Shown here: piece after piece, positions 47,601-62,600 of the stretch | How the letters are laid out: each line of letters opens with the position of its first letter | Numbering within the stretch: position 1 is the stretch's first letter | Source: Rebecca billardiae RCC1528 | Taxonomy: Eukaryota; Protista; Haptophyta | Direction of reading: 5' to 3' | Assembly (NCBI GenBank): GCA_965240325.2 | Contig: OZ251228.1 | Coordinates: 992,001 to 1,056,000, forward strand | DNA length: 64,000 nucleotides | The notes under the pieces: generated by a model | Told to the model about the DNA's origin: nothing | Database searches by the model: none | Seen by the model: only the letters and a program-made list of their open reading frames with translations | Translations under genes and position numbers: made by a program

Positions 47601-50600
47601 GTGCCCGTGCGAGCCGACGGTATCCGCACCGCCACGTCTCGCGCACTTCGAAGCCCACCGCGCCCATCCCACCAGCGCACGGGCGCACGGGCGCACGGGC
47701 GCACGGGCGCACCGGCGCGCCGGGTGGGCGGCGCGCCACCAGCCTCAGCTCGGATATGGGCATCGAGGCGCGCCAAGCGCTCGAGTGGCGGCACTTGACG
47801 GTGCTGGCAGCAGCCGTACTCGAGCGCGCTCGAGCCGTGCCCGTGCGAGCCGACGGTATCCGCACCGCCACGTCTCGCGCACTTCGAAGCCCACCGCGCC
47901 CATCCCACCAGCGCACGGGCGCACGGGCGCACGGGCGCACGGGCGCACGGGCGCGCCGGGTGGGCGGCGCGCCACCAGCCTCAGCTCGGATATGGGGATC
48001 GAGGCGCGCCAAGCGCTCGAGTGGCGGCATTGTGACGGTGCTGGCGGCAGCCGTACTCGAGCGCGCTCGAGCCGTGCCCGTGCGAGCCGACGGTATCCGC
48101 ACCGCCACGTCTCGCGCACTTCGAAGCCCACCGCGCCCATCCCACCAGCGCACGGGCGCACGGGCGCACGGGCGCACGGGCGCGCCGGGTGGGCGGCGCG
48201 CCACCAGCCCCAGCTCGGATATGGGCATCGAGGCGCGCCAAGCGCTCGAGTGGCGGAACGTGACGGTGCTGGCAGCAGCCGTACTCGAGCGCGCTCGAGC
48301 CGTGCCCGTGCGAGCCGACGGTATCCGCACCGCCACGTCTCGCGCACTTCGAAGCCCACCGCGCCCATCCCACCAGCGCACGGGCGCACGGGCGCACGGG
48401 CGCACGGGCGCGCCGGGTGGGCGGCGCACAGCCTCAGCTCGGATATGGGCATCGAGGCGCGCCAAGCGCTCGAGTGGCGGAACTTGACGGTGCTGGCAGC
48501 AGCCGTACTCGAGCGCGCTCGAGCCGTGCCCGTGCGAGCCGACGGTATCCGCACCGCCACGTCTCGCGCACTTCGAAGCCCACCGCGCCCATCCCACCAG
48601 CGCACGGGCGCACGGGCGCACGGGCGCACCGGCGCACCGGCGCGCCGGGTGGGCGGCGCGCCACCAGCCTCAGCTCGGATATGGGCATCGAGGCGCGCCA
48701 AGCGCTCGAGTGGCGGAACTTGACGGTGCTGGCAGCAGCCGTACTCGAGCGCGCTCGAGCCGTGCCCGTGCGAGCCGACGGTATCCGCACCGCCACGTCT
48801 CGCGCACTTCGAAGCCCACCGCGCCCATCCCACCAGCGCACGGGCGCACGGGCGCACGGGCGCACCGGCGCGCCGGGTGGGCGGCGCGCCACCAGCCTCA
48901 GCTCGGATATGGGGATCGAGGCGCGCCAAGCGCTCGTGTGGCGGCACTTGACGGTGCTGGCAGCAGCCGTACTCGAGCGCGCTCGAGCCGTGCCCGTGCG
49001 AGCCGACGGTATCCGCACCGCCACGTCTCGCGCACTTCGAAGCCCACCGCGCCCATCCCACCAGCGCACGGGCGCACGGGCGCACGGGCGCACGGGCGCA
49101 CCGGCGCGCCGGGTGGGCGGCGCGCCACCAGCCTCAGCTCGGATATGGGGATCGAGGCGCGCCAAGCGCTCGATTGCGGCATTGTGACGGTGCTGACGGC
49201 AGCCGTACTCGAGCGCGCTCGAGCCGTGCCCGTGCGCGTCGACGGTATCCGCACCGCCACGTCTCGCGCACTTCGAAGCCCACCGCGCCCATCCCACCAG
49301 CGCACGGGCGCACGGGCGCACGGGCGCACGGGCGCGCCGGGTGGGCGGCGCGCCACCAGCCTCAGCTCGGATATGGGCATCGAGGCGCGCCAAGCGCTCG
49401 AGTGGCGGCACTTGACGGTGCTGGCAGCAGCCGTACTCGAGCGCGCTCGAGCCGTGCCCGTGCGAGCCGACGGTATCCGCACCGCCACGTCTCGCGCACT
49501 TCGAAGCCCACCGCGCCCATCCCACCAGCGCACGGGCGCACGGGCGCACGGGCGCACGGGCGCACCGGCGCGCCGGGTGGGCGGCGCGCCACCAGCCTCA
49601 GCTCGGATATGGGGATCGAGGCGCGCCAAGCGCTCGAGTGGCGGCATTGTGACGATGCTGGCGGCAGCCGTACTCGAGCGCGCTCGAGCCGTGCCCGTGC
49701 GAGCCGACGGTATCCGCACCGCCACGTCTCGCGCACTTCGAAGCCCACCGCGCCCATCCCACCAGCGCACGGGCGCACGGGCGCACGGGCGCACCGGCGC
49801 GCCGGGTGGGCGGCGCGCCACCAGCCTCAGCTCGGATATGGGGATCGAGGCGCGCCAAGCGCTCGTGTGGCGGCACTTGACGGTGCTGGCAGCAGCCGTA
49901 CTCGAGCGCGCTCGAGCCGTGCCCGTGCGAGCCGACGGTATCCGCACCGCCACGTCTCGCGCACTTCGAAGCCCACCGCGCCCATCCCACCAGCGCACGG
50001 GCGCACGGGCGCACGGGCGCACGGGCGCACCGGCGCGCCGGGTGGGCGGCGCGCCACCAGCCTCAGCTCGGATATGGGGATCGAGGCGCGCCAAGCGCTC
50101 GAGTGGCGGCATTGTGACGGTGCTGGCGGCAGCCGTACTCGAGCGCGCTCGAGCCGTGCCCGTGCGAGCCGACGGTATCCGCACCGCCACGTCTCGCGCA
50201 CTTCGAAGCCCACCGCGCCCATCCCACCAGCGCACGGGCGCACGGGCGCACGGGCGCACGGGCGCACCGGCGCGCCGGGTGGGCGGCGCGCCACCAGCCC
50301 CAGCTCGGATATGGGCATCGAGGCGCGCCAAGCGCTCGAGTGGCGGAACGTGACGGTGCTGGCAGCAGCCGTACTCGAGCGCGCTCGAGCCGTGCCCGTG
50401 CGAGCCGACGGTATCCGCACCGCCACGTCTCGCGCACTTCGAAGCCCACCGCGCCCATCCCACCAGCGCACGGGCGCACGGGCGCACGGGCGCACGGGCG
50501 CGCCGGGTGGGCGGCGCACAGCCTCAGCTCGGATATGGGCATCGAGGCGCGCCAAGCGCTCGAGTGGCGGAACTTGACGGTGCTGGCAGCAGCCGTACTC

Positions 50601-53600
50601 GAGCGCGCTCGAGCCGTGCCCGTGCGAGCCGACGGTATCCGCACCGCCACGTCTCGCGCACTTCGAAGCCCACCGCGCCCATCCCACCAGCGCACGGGCG
50701 CACGGGCGCACGGGCGCACGGGCGCACCGGCGCGCCGGGTGGGCGGCGCGCCACCAGCCCCAGCTCGGATATGGGCATCGAGGCGCGCCAAGCGCTCGAG
50801 TGGCGGAACGTGACGGTGCTGGCAGCAGCCGTACTCGAGCGCGCTCGAGCCGTGCCCGTGCGAGCCGACGGTATCCGCACCGCCACGTCTCGCGCACTTC
50901 GAAGCCCACCGCGCCCATCCCACCAGCGCACGGGCGCACGGGCGCACGGGCGCACGGGCGCGCCGGGTGGGCGGCGCACAGCCTCAGCTCGGATATGGGC
51001 ATCGAGGCGCGCCAAGCGCTCGAGTGGCGGAACTTGACGGTGCTGGCAGCAGCCGTACTCGAGCGCGCTCGAGCCGTGCCCGTGCGAGCCGACGGTATCC
51101 GCACCGCCACGTCTCGCGCACTTCGAAGCCCACCGCGCCCATCCCACCAGCGCACGGGCGCACGGGCGCACGGGCGCACGGGCGCGCCGGGTGGGCGGCG
51201 ACCAGCCTCAGCTCGGATATGGGCATCGAGGCGCGCCAAGCGCTCGAGAGGCGGAACTTGACGGTGCTGGCAGCAGCCGTACTCGAGCGCGCTCGAGCCG
51301 TGCCCGTGCGAGCCGACGGTATCCGCACCGCCACGTCTCGCGCACTTCGAAGCCCACCGCGCCCATCCCACCAGCGCACGGGCGCACGGGCGCACGGGCG
51401 CACGGGCGCACCGGGTGGGCGGCGCACAGCCTCAGCTCGGATATGGGCATCGAGGCGCGCCAAGCGCTCGTGTGGCGGAACTTGACGGTGCTGGCAGCAG
51501 CCGTACTCGAGCGCGCTCGAGCCGTGCCCGTGCGAGCCGACGGTATCCGCACCGCCACGTCTCGCGCACTTCGAAGCCCACCGCGCCCATCCCACCAGCG
51601 CACGGGCGCACGGGCGCACGGGCGCACCGGCGCGCCGGGTGGGCGGCGCGCCACCAGCCTCAGCTCGGATATGGGGATCGAGGCGCGCCAAGCGCTCGAG
51701 TGGCGGCATCGTGACGGTGCTGGCGGCAGCCGTACTCGAGCGCGCTCGAGCCGTGCCCGTGCGAGCCGACGGTATCCGCACCGCCACGTCTCGCGCACTT
51801 CGAAGCCCACCGCGCCCATCCCACCAGCGCACGGGCGCACGGGCGCACGGGCGCACCGGCGCGCCGGGTGGGCGGCGCGCCACCAGCCTCAGCTCGGATA
51901 TGGGGATCGAAACGCGCCAAGCGCTCGTGTGGCGGCACTTGACGGTGCTGGGAGCAGCCGTACTTGAGCGCGCTCGAGCCGTGCCCGTGCGAGCCGACGG
52001 TATCCGCACCGCCACGTCTCGCGCACTTCGAAGCCCACCGCGCCCATCCCACCAGCGCACGGGCGCACGGGCGCACGGGCGCACGGGCGCACCGGCGCGC
52101 CGGGTGGGCGGCGCGCCACCAGCCTCAGCTCGGATATGGGCATCGAGGCGCGCCAAGCGCTCGAGTGGCGGCATCGTGACGGTGCTGGCGGCAGCCGTGC
52201 TCGAGCGCGCTCGAGCCGTGCCCGTGCGAGCCGACGGTATCCGCACCGCCACGTCTCGCGCACTTCGAAGCCCACCGCGCCCATCCCACCAGCGCACGGG
52301 CGCACGGGCGCACGGGCGCACGGGCGCGCCGGGTGGGCGGCGCGCCACCAGCCTCAGCTCGGATATGGGCATCGAGGCGCGCCAAGCGCTCGTGTGGCGG
52401 AACTTGACGGTGCTGGCAGCAGCCGTACTCGAGCGCGCTCGAGCCGTGCCCGTGCGAGCCGACGGTATCCGCACCGCCACGTCTCGCGCACTTCGAAGCC
52501 CACCGCGCCCATCCCACCAGCGCACGGGCGCACGGGCGCACGGGCGCACCGGCGCGCCGGGTGGGCGGCGCGCCACCAGCCTCAGCTCGGATATGGGCAT
52601 CGAGGCGCGCCAAGCGCTCGTGTGGCGGACCTTGACGGTGCTTGCAGCAGCCGTACTCGAGCGCGCTCGAGCCGTGCCCGTGCGAGCCGACGGTATCCGC
52701 ACCGCCACGTCTCGCGCACTTCGAAGCCCACCGCGCCCGTCCCACCAGCGCACGGGCGCACGGGCGCACGGGCGCACCGGCGCGCCGGGTGGGCGGCGCG
52801 CCACCAGCCTCAGCTCGGATATGGGGATCGAGGCGCGCCAAGCGCTCGTGTGGCGGCACTTGACGGTGCTGGCAGCAGCCGTACTCGAGCGCGCTCGAGC
52901 CGTGCCCGTGCGAGCCGACGGTATCCGCACCGCCACGTCTCGCGCACTTCGAAGCCCACCGCGCCCATCCCACCAGCGCACGGGCGCACGGGCGCACGGG
53001 CGCACCGGCGCGCCGGGTGGGCGGCGCGCCACCAGCCTCAGCTCGGATATGGGCATCGAGGCGCGCCAAGCGCTCGATTGCGGCATTGTGACGGTGCTGA
53101 CGGCAGTCGTATTCGAGCGCGCTCGAGTCGTGCCCGTGCGAGCCGACGGTATCCGCACCGCCACGTCTCGCGCACTTCGAAGCCCACCGCGCCCATCCCA
53201 CCAGCGCACGGGCGCACGGGCGCACGGGCGCGCCGGGTGGGCGGCGCGCCACCAGCCTCAGCTCGGATATGGGCATCGAGGCGCGCCAAGCGCTCGTGTG
53301 GCGGAACTTGACGGTGCTGGCAGCAGCCGTACTCGAGCGCGCTCGAGCCGTGCCCGTGCGAGCCGACGGTATCCGCACCGCCACGTCTCGCGCACTTCGA
53401 AGCCCACCGCGCCCATCCCACCAGCGCACGGGCGCACGGGCGCACGGGCGCACGGGCGCGCCGGGTGGGCGGCGCGCCACCAGCCTCAGCTCGGATATGG
53501 GCATCGAGGCGCGCCAAGCGCTCGTGTGGCGGAACTTGACGGTGCTGGCAGCAGCCGTACTCGAGCGCGCTCGAGCCGTGCCCGTGCGAGCCGACGGTAT

Positions 53601-56600
53601 CCGCACCGCCACGTCTCGCGCACTTCGAAGCCCACCGCGCCCATCCCACCAGCGCACGGGCGCACGGGCGCACGGGCGCACCGGCGCGCCGGGTGGGCGG
53701 CGCGCCACCAGCCTCAGCTCGGATATGGGCATCGAGGCGCGCCAAGCGCTCGTGTGGCGGACCTTGACGGTGCTTGCAGCAGCCGTACTCGAGCGCGCTC
53801 GAGCCGTGCCCGTGCGAGCCGACGGTATCCGCACCGCCACGTCTCGCGCACTTCGAAGCCCACCGCGCCCGTCCCACCAGCGCACGGGCGCACGGGCGCA
53901 CGGGCGCACCGGCGCGCCGGGTGGGCGGCGCGCCACCAGCCTCAGCTCGGATATGGGGATCGAGGCGCGCCAAGCGCTCGTGTGGCGGCACTTGACGGTG
54001 CTGGCAGCAGCCGTACTCGAGCGCGCTCGAGCCGTGCCCGTGCGAGCCGACGGTATCCGCACCGCCACGTCTCGCGCACTTCGAAGCCCACCGCGCCCAT
54101 CCCACCAGCGCACGGGCGCACGGGCGCACGGGCGCACCGGCGCGCCGGGTGGGCGGCGCGCCACCAGCCTCAGCTCGGATATGGGCATCGAGGCGCGCCA
54201 AGCGCTCGATTGCGGCATTGTGACGGTGCTGACGGCAGTCGTATTCGAGCGCGCTCGAGTCGTGCCCGTGCGAGCCGACGGTATCCGCACCGCCACGTCT
54301 CGCGCACTTCGAAGCCCACCGCGCCCATCCCACCAGCGCACGGGCGCACGGGCGCACGGGCGCGCCGGGTGGGCGGCGCGCCACCAGCCTCAGCTCGGAT
54401 ATGGGCATCGAGGCGCGCCAAGCGCTCGTGTGGCGGAACTTGACGGTGCTGGCAGCAGCCGTACTCGAGCGCGCTCGAGCCGTGCCCGTGCGAGCCGACG
54501 GTATCCGCACCGCCACGTCTCGCGCACTTCGAAGCCCACCGCGCCCATCCCACCAGCGCACGGGCGCACGGGCGCACGGGCGCACCGGCGCGCCGGGTGG
54601 GCGGCGCGCCACCAGCCTCAGCTCGGATATGGGGATCGAGGCGCGCCAAGCGCTCGAGTGGCGGCATCGTGACGGTGCTGGCGGCAGCCGTACTCGAGCG
54701 CGCTCGAGCCGTGCCCGTGCGAGCCGACGGTATCCGCACCGCCACGTCTCGCGCACTTCGAAGCCCACCGCGCCCATCCCACCAGCGCACGGGCGCACGG
54801 GCGCACGGGCGCACGGGCGCGCCGGGTGGGCGGCGCGCCACCAGCCTCAGCTCGGATATGGGCATCGAGGCGCGCCAAGCGCTCGTGTGGCGGAACTTGA
54901 CGGTGCTGGCAGCAGCCGTACTCGAGCGCGCTCGAGCCGTGCCCGTGCGAGCCGACGGTATCCGCACCGCCACGTCTCGCGCACTTCGAAGCCCACCGCG
55001 CCCATCCCACCAGCGCACGGGCGCACGGGCGCACGGGCGCACCGGCGCGCCGGGTGGGCGGCGCGCCACCAGCCTCAGCTCGGATATGGGGATCGAAACG
55101 CGCCAAGCGCTCGTGTGGCGGCACTTGACGGTGCTGGGAGCAGCCGTACTTGAGCGCGCTCGAGCCGTGCCCGTGCGAGCCGACGGTATCCGCACCGCCA
55201 CGTCTCGCGCACTTCGAAGCCCACCGCGCCCATCCCACCAGCGCACGGGCGCACGGGCGCACGGGCGCACGGGCGCGCCGGGTGGGCGGCGCGCCACCAG
55301 CCTCAGCTCGGATATGGGGATCGAAACGCGCCAAGCGCTCGTGTGGCGGCACTTGACGGTGCTGGGAGCAGCCGTACTTGAGCGCGCTCGAGCCGTGCCC
55401 GTGCGAGCCGACGGTATCCGCACCGCCACGTCTCGCGCACTTCGAAGCCCACCGCGCCCATCCCACCAGCGCACGGGCGCACGGGCGCACGGGCGCACGG
55501 GCGCACCGGCGCGCCGGGTGGGCGGCGCGCCACCAGCCTCAGCTCGGATATGGGCATCGAGGCGCGCCAAGCGCTCGAGTGGCGGAACTTGACGGTGCTG
55601 GCATCAGCCGTACTCGAGCGCGCTCGAGCCGTGCCCGTGCGAGCCGACGGTATCCGCACCGCCACGTCTCGCGCACTTCGAAGCCCACCGCGCCCATCCC
55701 ACCAGCGCACGGGCGCACGGGCGCACGGGCGCACGGGCGCGCCGGGTGGGCGGCGCGCCACCAGCCTCAGCTCGGATATGGGGATCGAGGCGCGCCAAGC
55801 GCTCGTGTGGCGGCACTTGACGGTGCTGGCAGCAGCCGTACTCGAGCGCGCTCGAGCCGTGCCCGTGCGAGCCGACGGTATCCGCACCGCCACGTCTCGC
55901 GCACTTCGAAGCCCACCGCGCCCATCCCACCAGCGCACGGGCGCACGGGCGCACGGGCGCACGGGCGCACCGGCGCGCCGGGTGGGCGGCGCGCCACCAG
56001 CCTCAGCTCGGATATGGGCATCGAGGCGCGCCAAGCGCTCGAGTGGCGGCATCGTGACGGTGCTGGCGGCAGCCGTGCTCGAGCGCGCTCGAGCCGTGCC
56101 CGTGCGAGCCGACGGTATCCGCACCGCCACGTCTCGCGCACTTCGAAGCCCACCGCGCCCATCCCACCAGCGCACGGGCGCACGGGCGCACGGGCGCACG
56201 GGCGCGCCGGGTGGGCGGCGCGCCACCAGCCTCAGCTCGGATATGGGCATCGAGGCGCGCCAAGCGCTCGAGTGGCGGAACTTGACGGTGCTGGCAGCAG
56301 CCGTACTCGAGCGCGCTCGAGCCGTGCCCGTGCGACCCGACGGTATCCGCACCGCCACGTCTCGCGCACTTCGAAGCCCACCGCGCCCATCCCACCAGCG
56401 CACGGGCGCACGGGCGCGCCGGGTGGGCGGTGCGCCACCAGCCTCAGCTCGGATATGGGGATCGAGGCGCGCCAAGCGCTCGAGTGGCGGCATTGTGATG
56501 GTGCTGGCAGCAGCCGTACTCAAGCGCGCTCGAGCCGTGCCCGTGCGAGCCGACGGTATCCGCACCGCCACGTCTCGCGCACTTCGAAGCCCACCGCGCC

Positions 56601-59600
56601 CATCCCACCAGCGCACGGGCGCACGGGCGCACGGGCGCACGGGCGCACCGGGTGGGCGGCGCGCCACCAGCCTCAGCTCGGATATGGGGATCGAGGCGCG
56701 CCAAGCGCTCGAGTGGCGGCATTGTGACGGTGCTGGCGGCAGCCGTACTCGAGCGCGCTCGAGCCGTGCCCGTGCGAGCCGACGGTATCCGCACCGCCAC
56801 GTCTCGCGCACTTCGAAGCCCACCGCGCCCATCCCACCAGCGCACGGGCGCACGGGCGCACGGGCGCACCGGCGCGCCGGGTGGGCGGCGCGCCACCAGC
56901 CTCAGCTCGGATATGGGCATCGAGGCGCGCCAAGCGCTCGAGTGGCGGAACTTGACGGTGCTGGCAGCAGCCGTACTCGAGCGCGCTCGAGCCGTGCCCG
57001 TGCGAGCCGACGGTATCCGCACCGCCACGTCTCGCGCACTTCGAAGCCCACCGCGCCCATCCCACCAGCGCACGGGCGCACGGGCGCACGGGCGCACGGG
57101 CGCGCCGGGTGGGCGGCGCGCCACCAGCCTCAGCTCGGATATGGGCATCGAGGCGCGCCAAGCGCTCGAGTGGCGGCATTGTGACGGTGCTGGCAGCAGC
57201 CGTACTCGAGCGCGCTCGAGCCGTGCCCGTGCGACCCGACGGTATCCGCACCGCCACGTCTCGCGCACTTTGAAGCCCACCGCGCCCATCCCACCAGCGC
57301 ACGGGCGCACGGGCGCACGGGCGCACGGGCGCACGGGCGCACGGGCGCACGGGCGCGCCGGGTGGGCGGTGCGCCACCGGCCTCAGCTCGGATATGGGCA
57401 TCGAGGCGCGCCAAGCGCTCGAGTGGCGGCATTGTGACGGTGCTGGCGGCAGCCGTACTCGAGCGCGCTCGAGCCGTGCCCGTGCGAGCCGACGGTATCC
57501 GCACCGCCACGTCTCGCGCACTTCGAAGCCCACCGCGCCCATCCCACCAGCGCACGGGCGCACGGGCGCACGGGCGCACGGGCGCACGGGCGCGCCGGGT
57601 GGGCGGCGCGCCACCAGCCTCAGCTCGGATATGGGCATCGAGGCGCGCCAAGCGCTCGAGTGGCGGAACTTGACGGTGCTGGCAGCAGCCGTACTCGAGC
57701 GCGCTCGAGCCGTGCCCGTGCGAGCCGACGGTATCCGCACCGCCACGTCTCGCGCACTTCGAAGCCCACCGCGCCCATCCCACCAGCGCACGGGCGCACG
57801 GGCGCACGGGCGCACGGGCGCACCGGCGCGCCGGGTGGGCGGCGCGCCACCAGCCTCAGCTCGGATATGGGCATCGAGGCGCGCCAAGCGCTCGAGTGGC
57901 GGAACTTGACGGTGCTGGCAGCAGCCGTACTCGAGCGCGCTCGAGCCGTGCCCGTGCGAGCCGACGGTATCCGCACCGCCACGTCTCGCGCACTTCGAAG
58001 CCCACCGCGCCCATCCCACCAGCGCACGGGCGCACGGGCGCACGGGCGCACCGGCGCGCCGGGTGGGCGGCGCGCCACCAGCCTCAGCTCGGATATGGGC
58101 ATCGAGGCGCGCCAAGCGCTCGAGTGGTGGAACTTGACGGTGCTGGCAGCAGCCGTACTCGAGCGCGCTCGAGCCGTGCCCGTGCGAGCCGACGGTATCC
58201 GCACCGCCACGTCTCGCGCACTTCGAAGCCCACCGCGCCCATCCCACCAGCGCACGGGCGCACGGGCGCACGGGCGCACCGGCGCGCCGGGTGGGCGGCG
58301 CGCCACCAGCCTCAGCTCGGATATGGGCATCGAGGCGCGCCAAGCGCTCGAGTGGCAGAACTTGACGGTGCTGGCAGCAGCCGTACTCGAGCGCGCTCGA
58401 GCCGTGCCCGTGCGACCCGACGGTATCCGCACCGCCACGTCTCGCGCACTTCGAAGCCCACCGCGCCCATCCCACCAGCGCACGGGCGCACGGGCGCACG
58501 GGCGCACGGGCGCGCCGGGTGGGCGGTGCGCCACCAGCCTCAGCTCGGATATGGGGATCGAGGCGCGCCAAGCGCTCGAGTGGCGGCATTGTGATGGTGC
58601 TGGCAGCAGCCGTACTCAAGCGCGCTCGAGCCGTGCCCGTGCGAGCCGACGGTATCCGCACCGCCACGTCTCGCGCACTTCGAAGCCCACCGCGCCCATC
58701 CCACCAGCGCACGGGCGCACGGGCGCACGGGCGCACCGGCGCGCCGGGTGGGCGGCGCGCGACCAGCCTCAGCTCGGATATGGGGATCGAGGCGCGCCAA
58801 GCGCTCGTGTGGCGGCACTTGACGGTGCTGGCAGCAGCCGTACTCGAGCGCGCTCGAGCCGTGCCCGTGCGAGCCGACGGTATCCGCACCGCCACGTCTC
58901 GCGCACTTCGAAGCCCACCGCGCCCATCCCACCAGCGCACGGGCGCACGGGCGCACGGGCGCACGGGCGCGCCGGGTGGGCGGCGCGCGACCAGCCTCAG
59001 CTCGGATATGGGCATCGAGGCGCGCCAAGCGCTCGAGTGGCGGCACTTGACGGTGCTGGCAGCAGCCGTACTCGAGCGCGCTCGAGCCGTGCCCGTGCGA
59101 GCCGACGGTATCCGCACCGCCACGTCTCGCGCACTTCGAAGCCCACCGCGCCCATCCCACCAGCGCACGGGCGCACGGGCGCACGGGCGCACGGGCGCAC
59201 CGGCGCGCCGGGTGGGCGGCGCGCCACCAGCCTCAGCTCGGATATGGGCATCGAGGCGCGCCAAGCGCTCGAGTGGCGGCATTGTGACGGTGCTGGCAGC
59301 AGCCGTACTCGAGCGCGCTCGAGCCGTGCCCGTGCGAGCCGACGGTATCCGCACCGCCACGTCTCGCGCACTTCGAAGCCCACCGCGCCCATCCCACCAG
59401 CGCACGGGCGCACGGGCGCACGGGCGCACGGGCGCACCGGCGCGCCGGGTGGGCGGCGCGCCACCAGCCTCAGCTCGGATATGGGCATCGAGGCGCGCCA
59501 AGCGCTCGAGTGGCGGAACTTGACGGTGCTGGCAGCAGCCGTACTCGAGCGCGCTCGAGCCGTGCCCGTGCGAGCCGACGGTATCCGCACCGCCACGTCT

Positions 59601-62600
59601 CGCGCACTTCGAAGCCCACCGCGCCCATCCCACCAGCGCACGAGCGCACGGGCGCACGGGCGCACGGGCGCGCCGGGTGGGCGGCGCGCCACCAGCCTCA
59701 GCTCGGATATGGGCATCGAGGCGCGCCAAGCGCTCGAGTGGCGGCATTGTGACGGTGCTGGCAGCAGCCGTACTCGAGCGCGCTCGAGCCGTGCCCGTGC
59801 GACCCGACGGTATCCGCACCGCCACGTCTCGCGCACTTTGAAGCCCACCGCGCCCATCCCACCAGCGCACGGGCGCACGGGCGCACGGGCGCACGGGCGC
59901 ACGGGCGCGCCGGGTGGGCGGTGCGCCACCGGCCTCAGCTCGGATATGGGCATCGAGGCGCGCCAAGCGCTCGAGTGGCGGCATTGTGACGGTGCTGGCG
60001 GCAGCCGTACTCGAGCGCGCTCGAGCCGTGCCCGTGCGAGCCGACGGTATCCGCACCGCCACGTCTCGCGCACTTCGAAGCCCACCGCGCCCATCCCACC
60101 AGCGCACGGGCGCACGGGCGCACGGGCGCACGGGCGCACGGGCGCGCCGGGTGGGCGGCGCGCCACCAGCCTCAGCTCGGATATGGGCATCGAGGCGCGC
60201 CAAGCGCTCGAGTGGCGGAACTTGACGGTGCTGGCAGCAGCCGTACTCGAGCGCGCTCGAGCCGTGCCCGTGCGAGCCGACGGTATCCGCACCGCCACGT
60301 CTCGCGCACTTCGAAGCCCACCGCGCCCATCCCACCAGCGCACGGGCGCACGGGCGCACGGGCGCACGGGCGCACCGGCGCGCCGGGTGGGCGGCGCGCC
60401 ACCAGCCTCAGCTCGGATATGGGCATCGAGGCGCGCCAAGCGCTCGAGTGGCGGAACTTGACGGTGCTGGCAGCAGCCGTACTCGAGCGCGCTCGAGCCG
60501 TGCCCGTGCGAGCCGACGGTATCCGCACCGCCACGTCTCGCGCACTTCGAAGCCCACCGCGCCCATCCCACCAGCGCACGGGCGCACGGGCGCACGGGCG
60601 CACCGGCGCGCCGGGTGGGCGGCGCGCCACCAGCCTCAGCTCGGATATGGGCATCGAGGCGCGCCAAGCGCTCGAGTGGTGGAACTTGACGGTGCTGGCA
60701 GCAGCCGTACTCGAGCGCGCTCGAGCCGTGCCCGTGCGAGCCGACGGTATCCGCACCGCCACGTCTCGCGCACTTCGAAGCCCACCGCGCCCATCCCACC
60801 AGCGCACGGGCGCACGGGCGCACGGGCGCACCGGCGCGCCGGGTGGGCGGCGCGCCACCAGCCTCAGCTCGGATATGGGCATCGAGGCGCGCCAAGCGCT
60901 CGAGTGGCAGAACTTGACGGTGCTGGCAGCAGCCGTACTCGAGCGCGCTCGAGCCGTGCCCGTGCGACCCGACGGTATCCGCACCGCCACGTCTCGCGCA
61001 CTTCGAAGCCCACCGCGCCCATCCCACCAGCGCACGGGCGCACGGGCGCACGGGCGCACGGGCGCGCCGGGTGGGCGGTGCGCCACCAGCCTCAGCTCGG
61101 ATATGGGGATCGAGGCGCGCCAAGCGCTCGAGTGGCGGCATTGTGATGGTGCTGGCAGCAGCCGTACTCAAGCGCGCTCGAGCCGTGCCCGTGCGAGCCG
61201 ACGGTATCCGCACCGCCACGTCTCGCGCACTTCGAAGCCCACCGCGCCCATCCCACCAGCGCACGGGCGCACGGGCGCACGGGCGCACCGGCGCGCCGGG
61301 TGGGCGGCGCGCGACCAGCCTCAGCTCGGATATGGGGATCGAGGCGCGCCAAGCGCTCGTGTGGCGGCACTTGACGGTGCTGGCAGCAGCCGTACTCGAG
61401 CGCGCTCGAGCCGTGCCCGTGCGAGCCGACGGTATCCGCACCGCCACGTCTCGCGCACTTCGAAGCCCACCGCGCCCATCCCACCAGCGCACGGGCGCAC
61501 GGGCGCACGGGCGCACCGGCGCGCCGGGTGGGCGGCGCGCCACCAGCCTCAGCTCGGATATGGGCATCGAGGCGCGCCAAGCGCTCGAGTGGCGGCACTT
61601 GACGGTGCTGGCAGCAGCCGTACTCGAGCGCGCTCGAGCCGTGCCCGTGCGAGCCGACGGTATCCGCACCGCCACGTCTCGCGCACTTCGAAGCCCACCG
61701 CGCCCATCCCACCAGCGCACGGGCGCACGGGCGCACGGGCGCACGGGCGCACCGGCGCGCCGGGTGGGCGGCGCGCCACCAGCCTCAGCTCGGATATGGG
61801 CATCGAGGCGCGCCAAGCGCTCGAGTGGCGGCATTGTGACGGTGCTGGCAGCAGCCGTACTCGAGCGCGCTCGAGCCGTGCCCGTGCGAGCCGACGGTAT
61901 CCGCACCGCCACGTCTCGCGCACTTCGAAGCCCACCGCGCCCATCCCACCAGCGCACGGGCGCACGGGCGCACGGGCGCACGGGCGCACCGGCGCGCCGG
62001 GTGGGCGGCGCGCCACCGGCCTCAGCTCGGATATGGGCATCGAGGCGCGCCAAGCGCTCGAGTGGCGGCATTGTGACGGTGCTGGCGGCAGCCGTACTCG
62101 AGCGCGCTCGAGCCGTGCCCGTGCGAGCCGACGGTATCCGCACCGCCACGTCTCGCGCACTTCGAAGCCCACCGCGCCCATCCCACCAGCGCACGGGCGC
62201 ACGGGCGCACGGGCGCACGGGCGCACGGGCGCGCCGGGTGGGCGGCGCGCCACCAGCCTCAGCTCGGATATGGGCATCGAGGCGCGCCAAGCGCTCGAGT
62301 GGCGGCATTGTGACGGTGCTGGCGGCAGCCGTACTCGAGCGCGCTCGAGCCGTGCCCGTGCGAGCCGACGGTATCCGCACCGCCACGTCTCGCGCACTTC
62401 GAAGCCCACCGCGCCCATCCCACCAGCGCACGGGCGCACGGGCGCACGGGCGCACGGGCGCGCCGGGTGGGCGGCGCGCGACCAGCCTCAGCTCGGATAT
62501 GGGCATCGAGGCGCGCCAAGCGCTCGAGTGGCGGCACTTGACGGTGCTGGCAGCAGCCGTACTCGAGCGCGCTCGAGCCGTGCCCGTGCGAGCCGACGGT

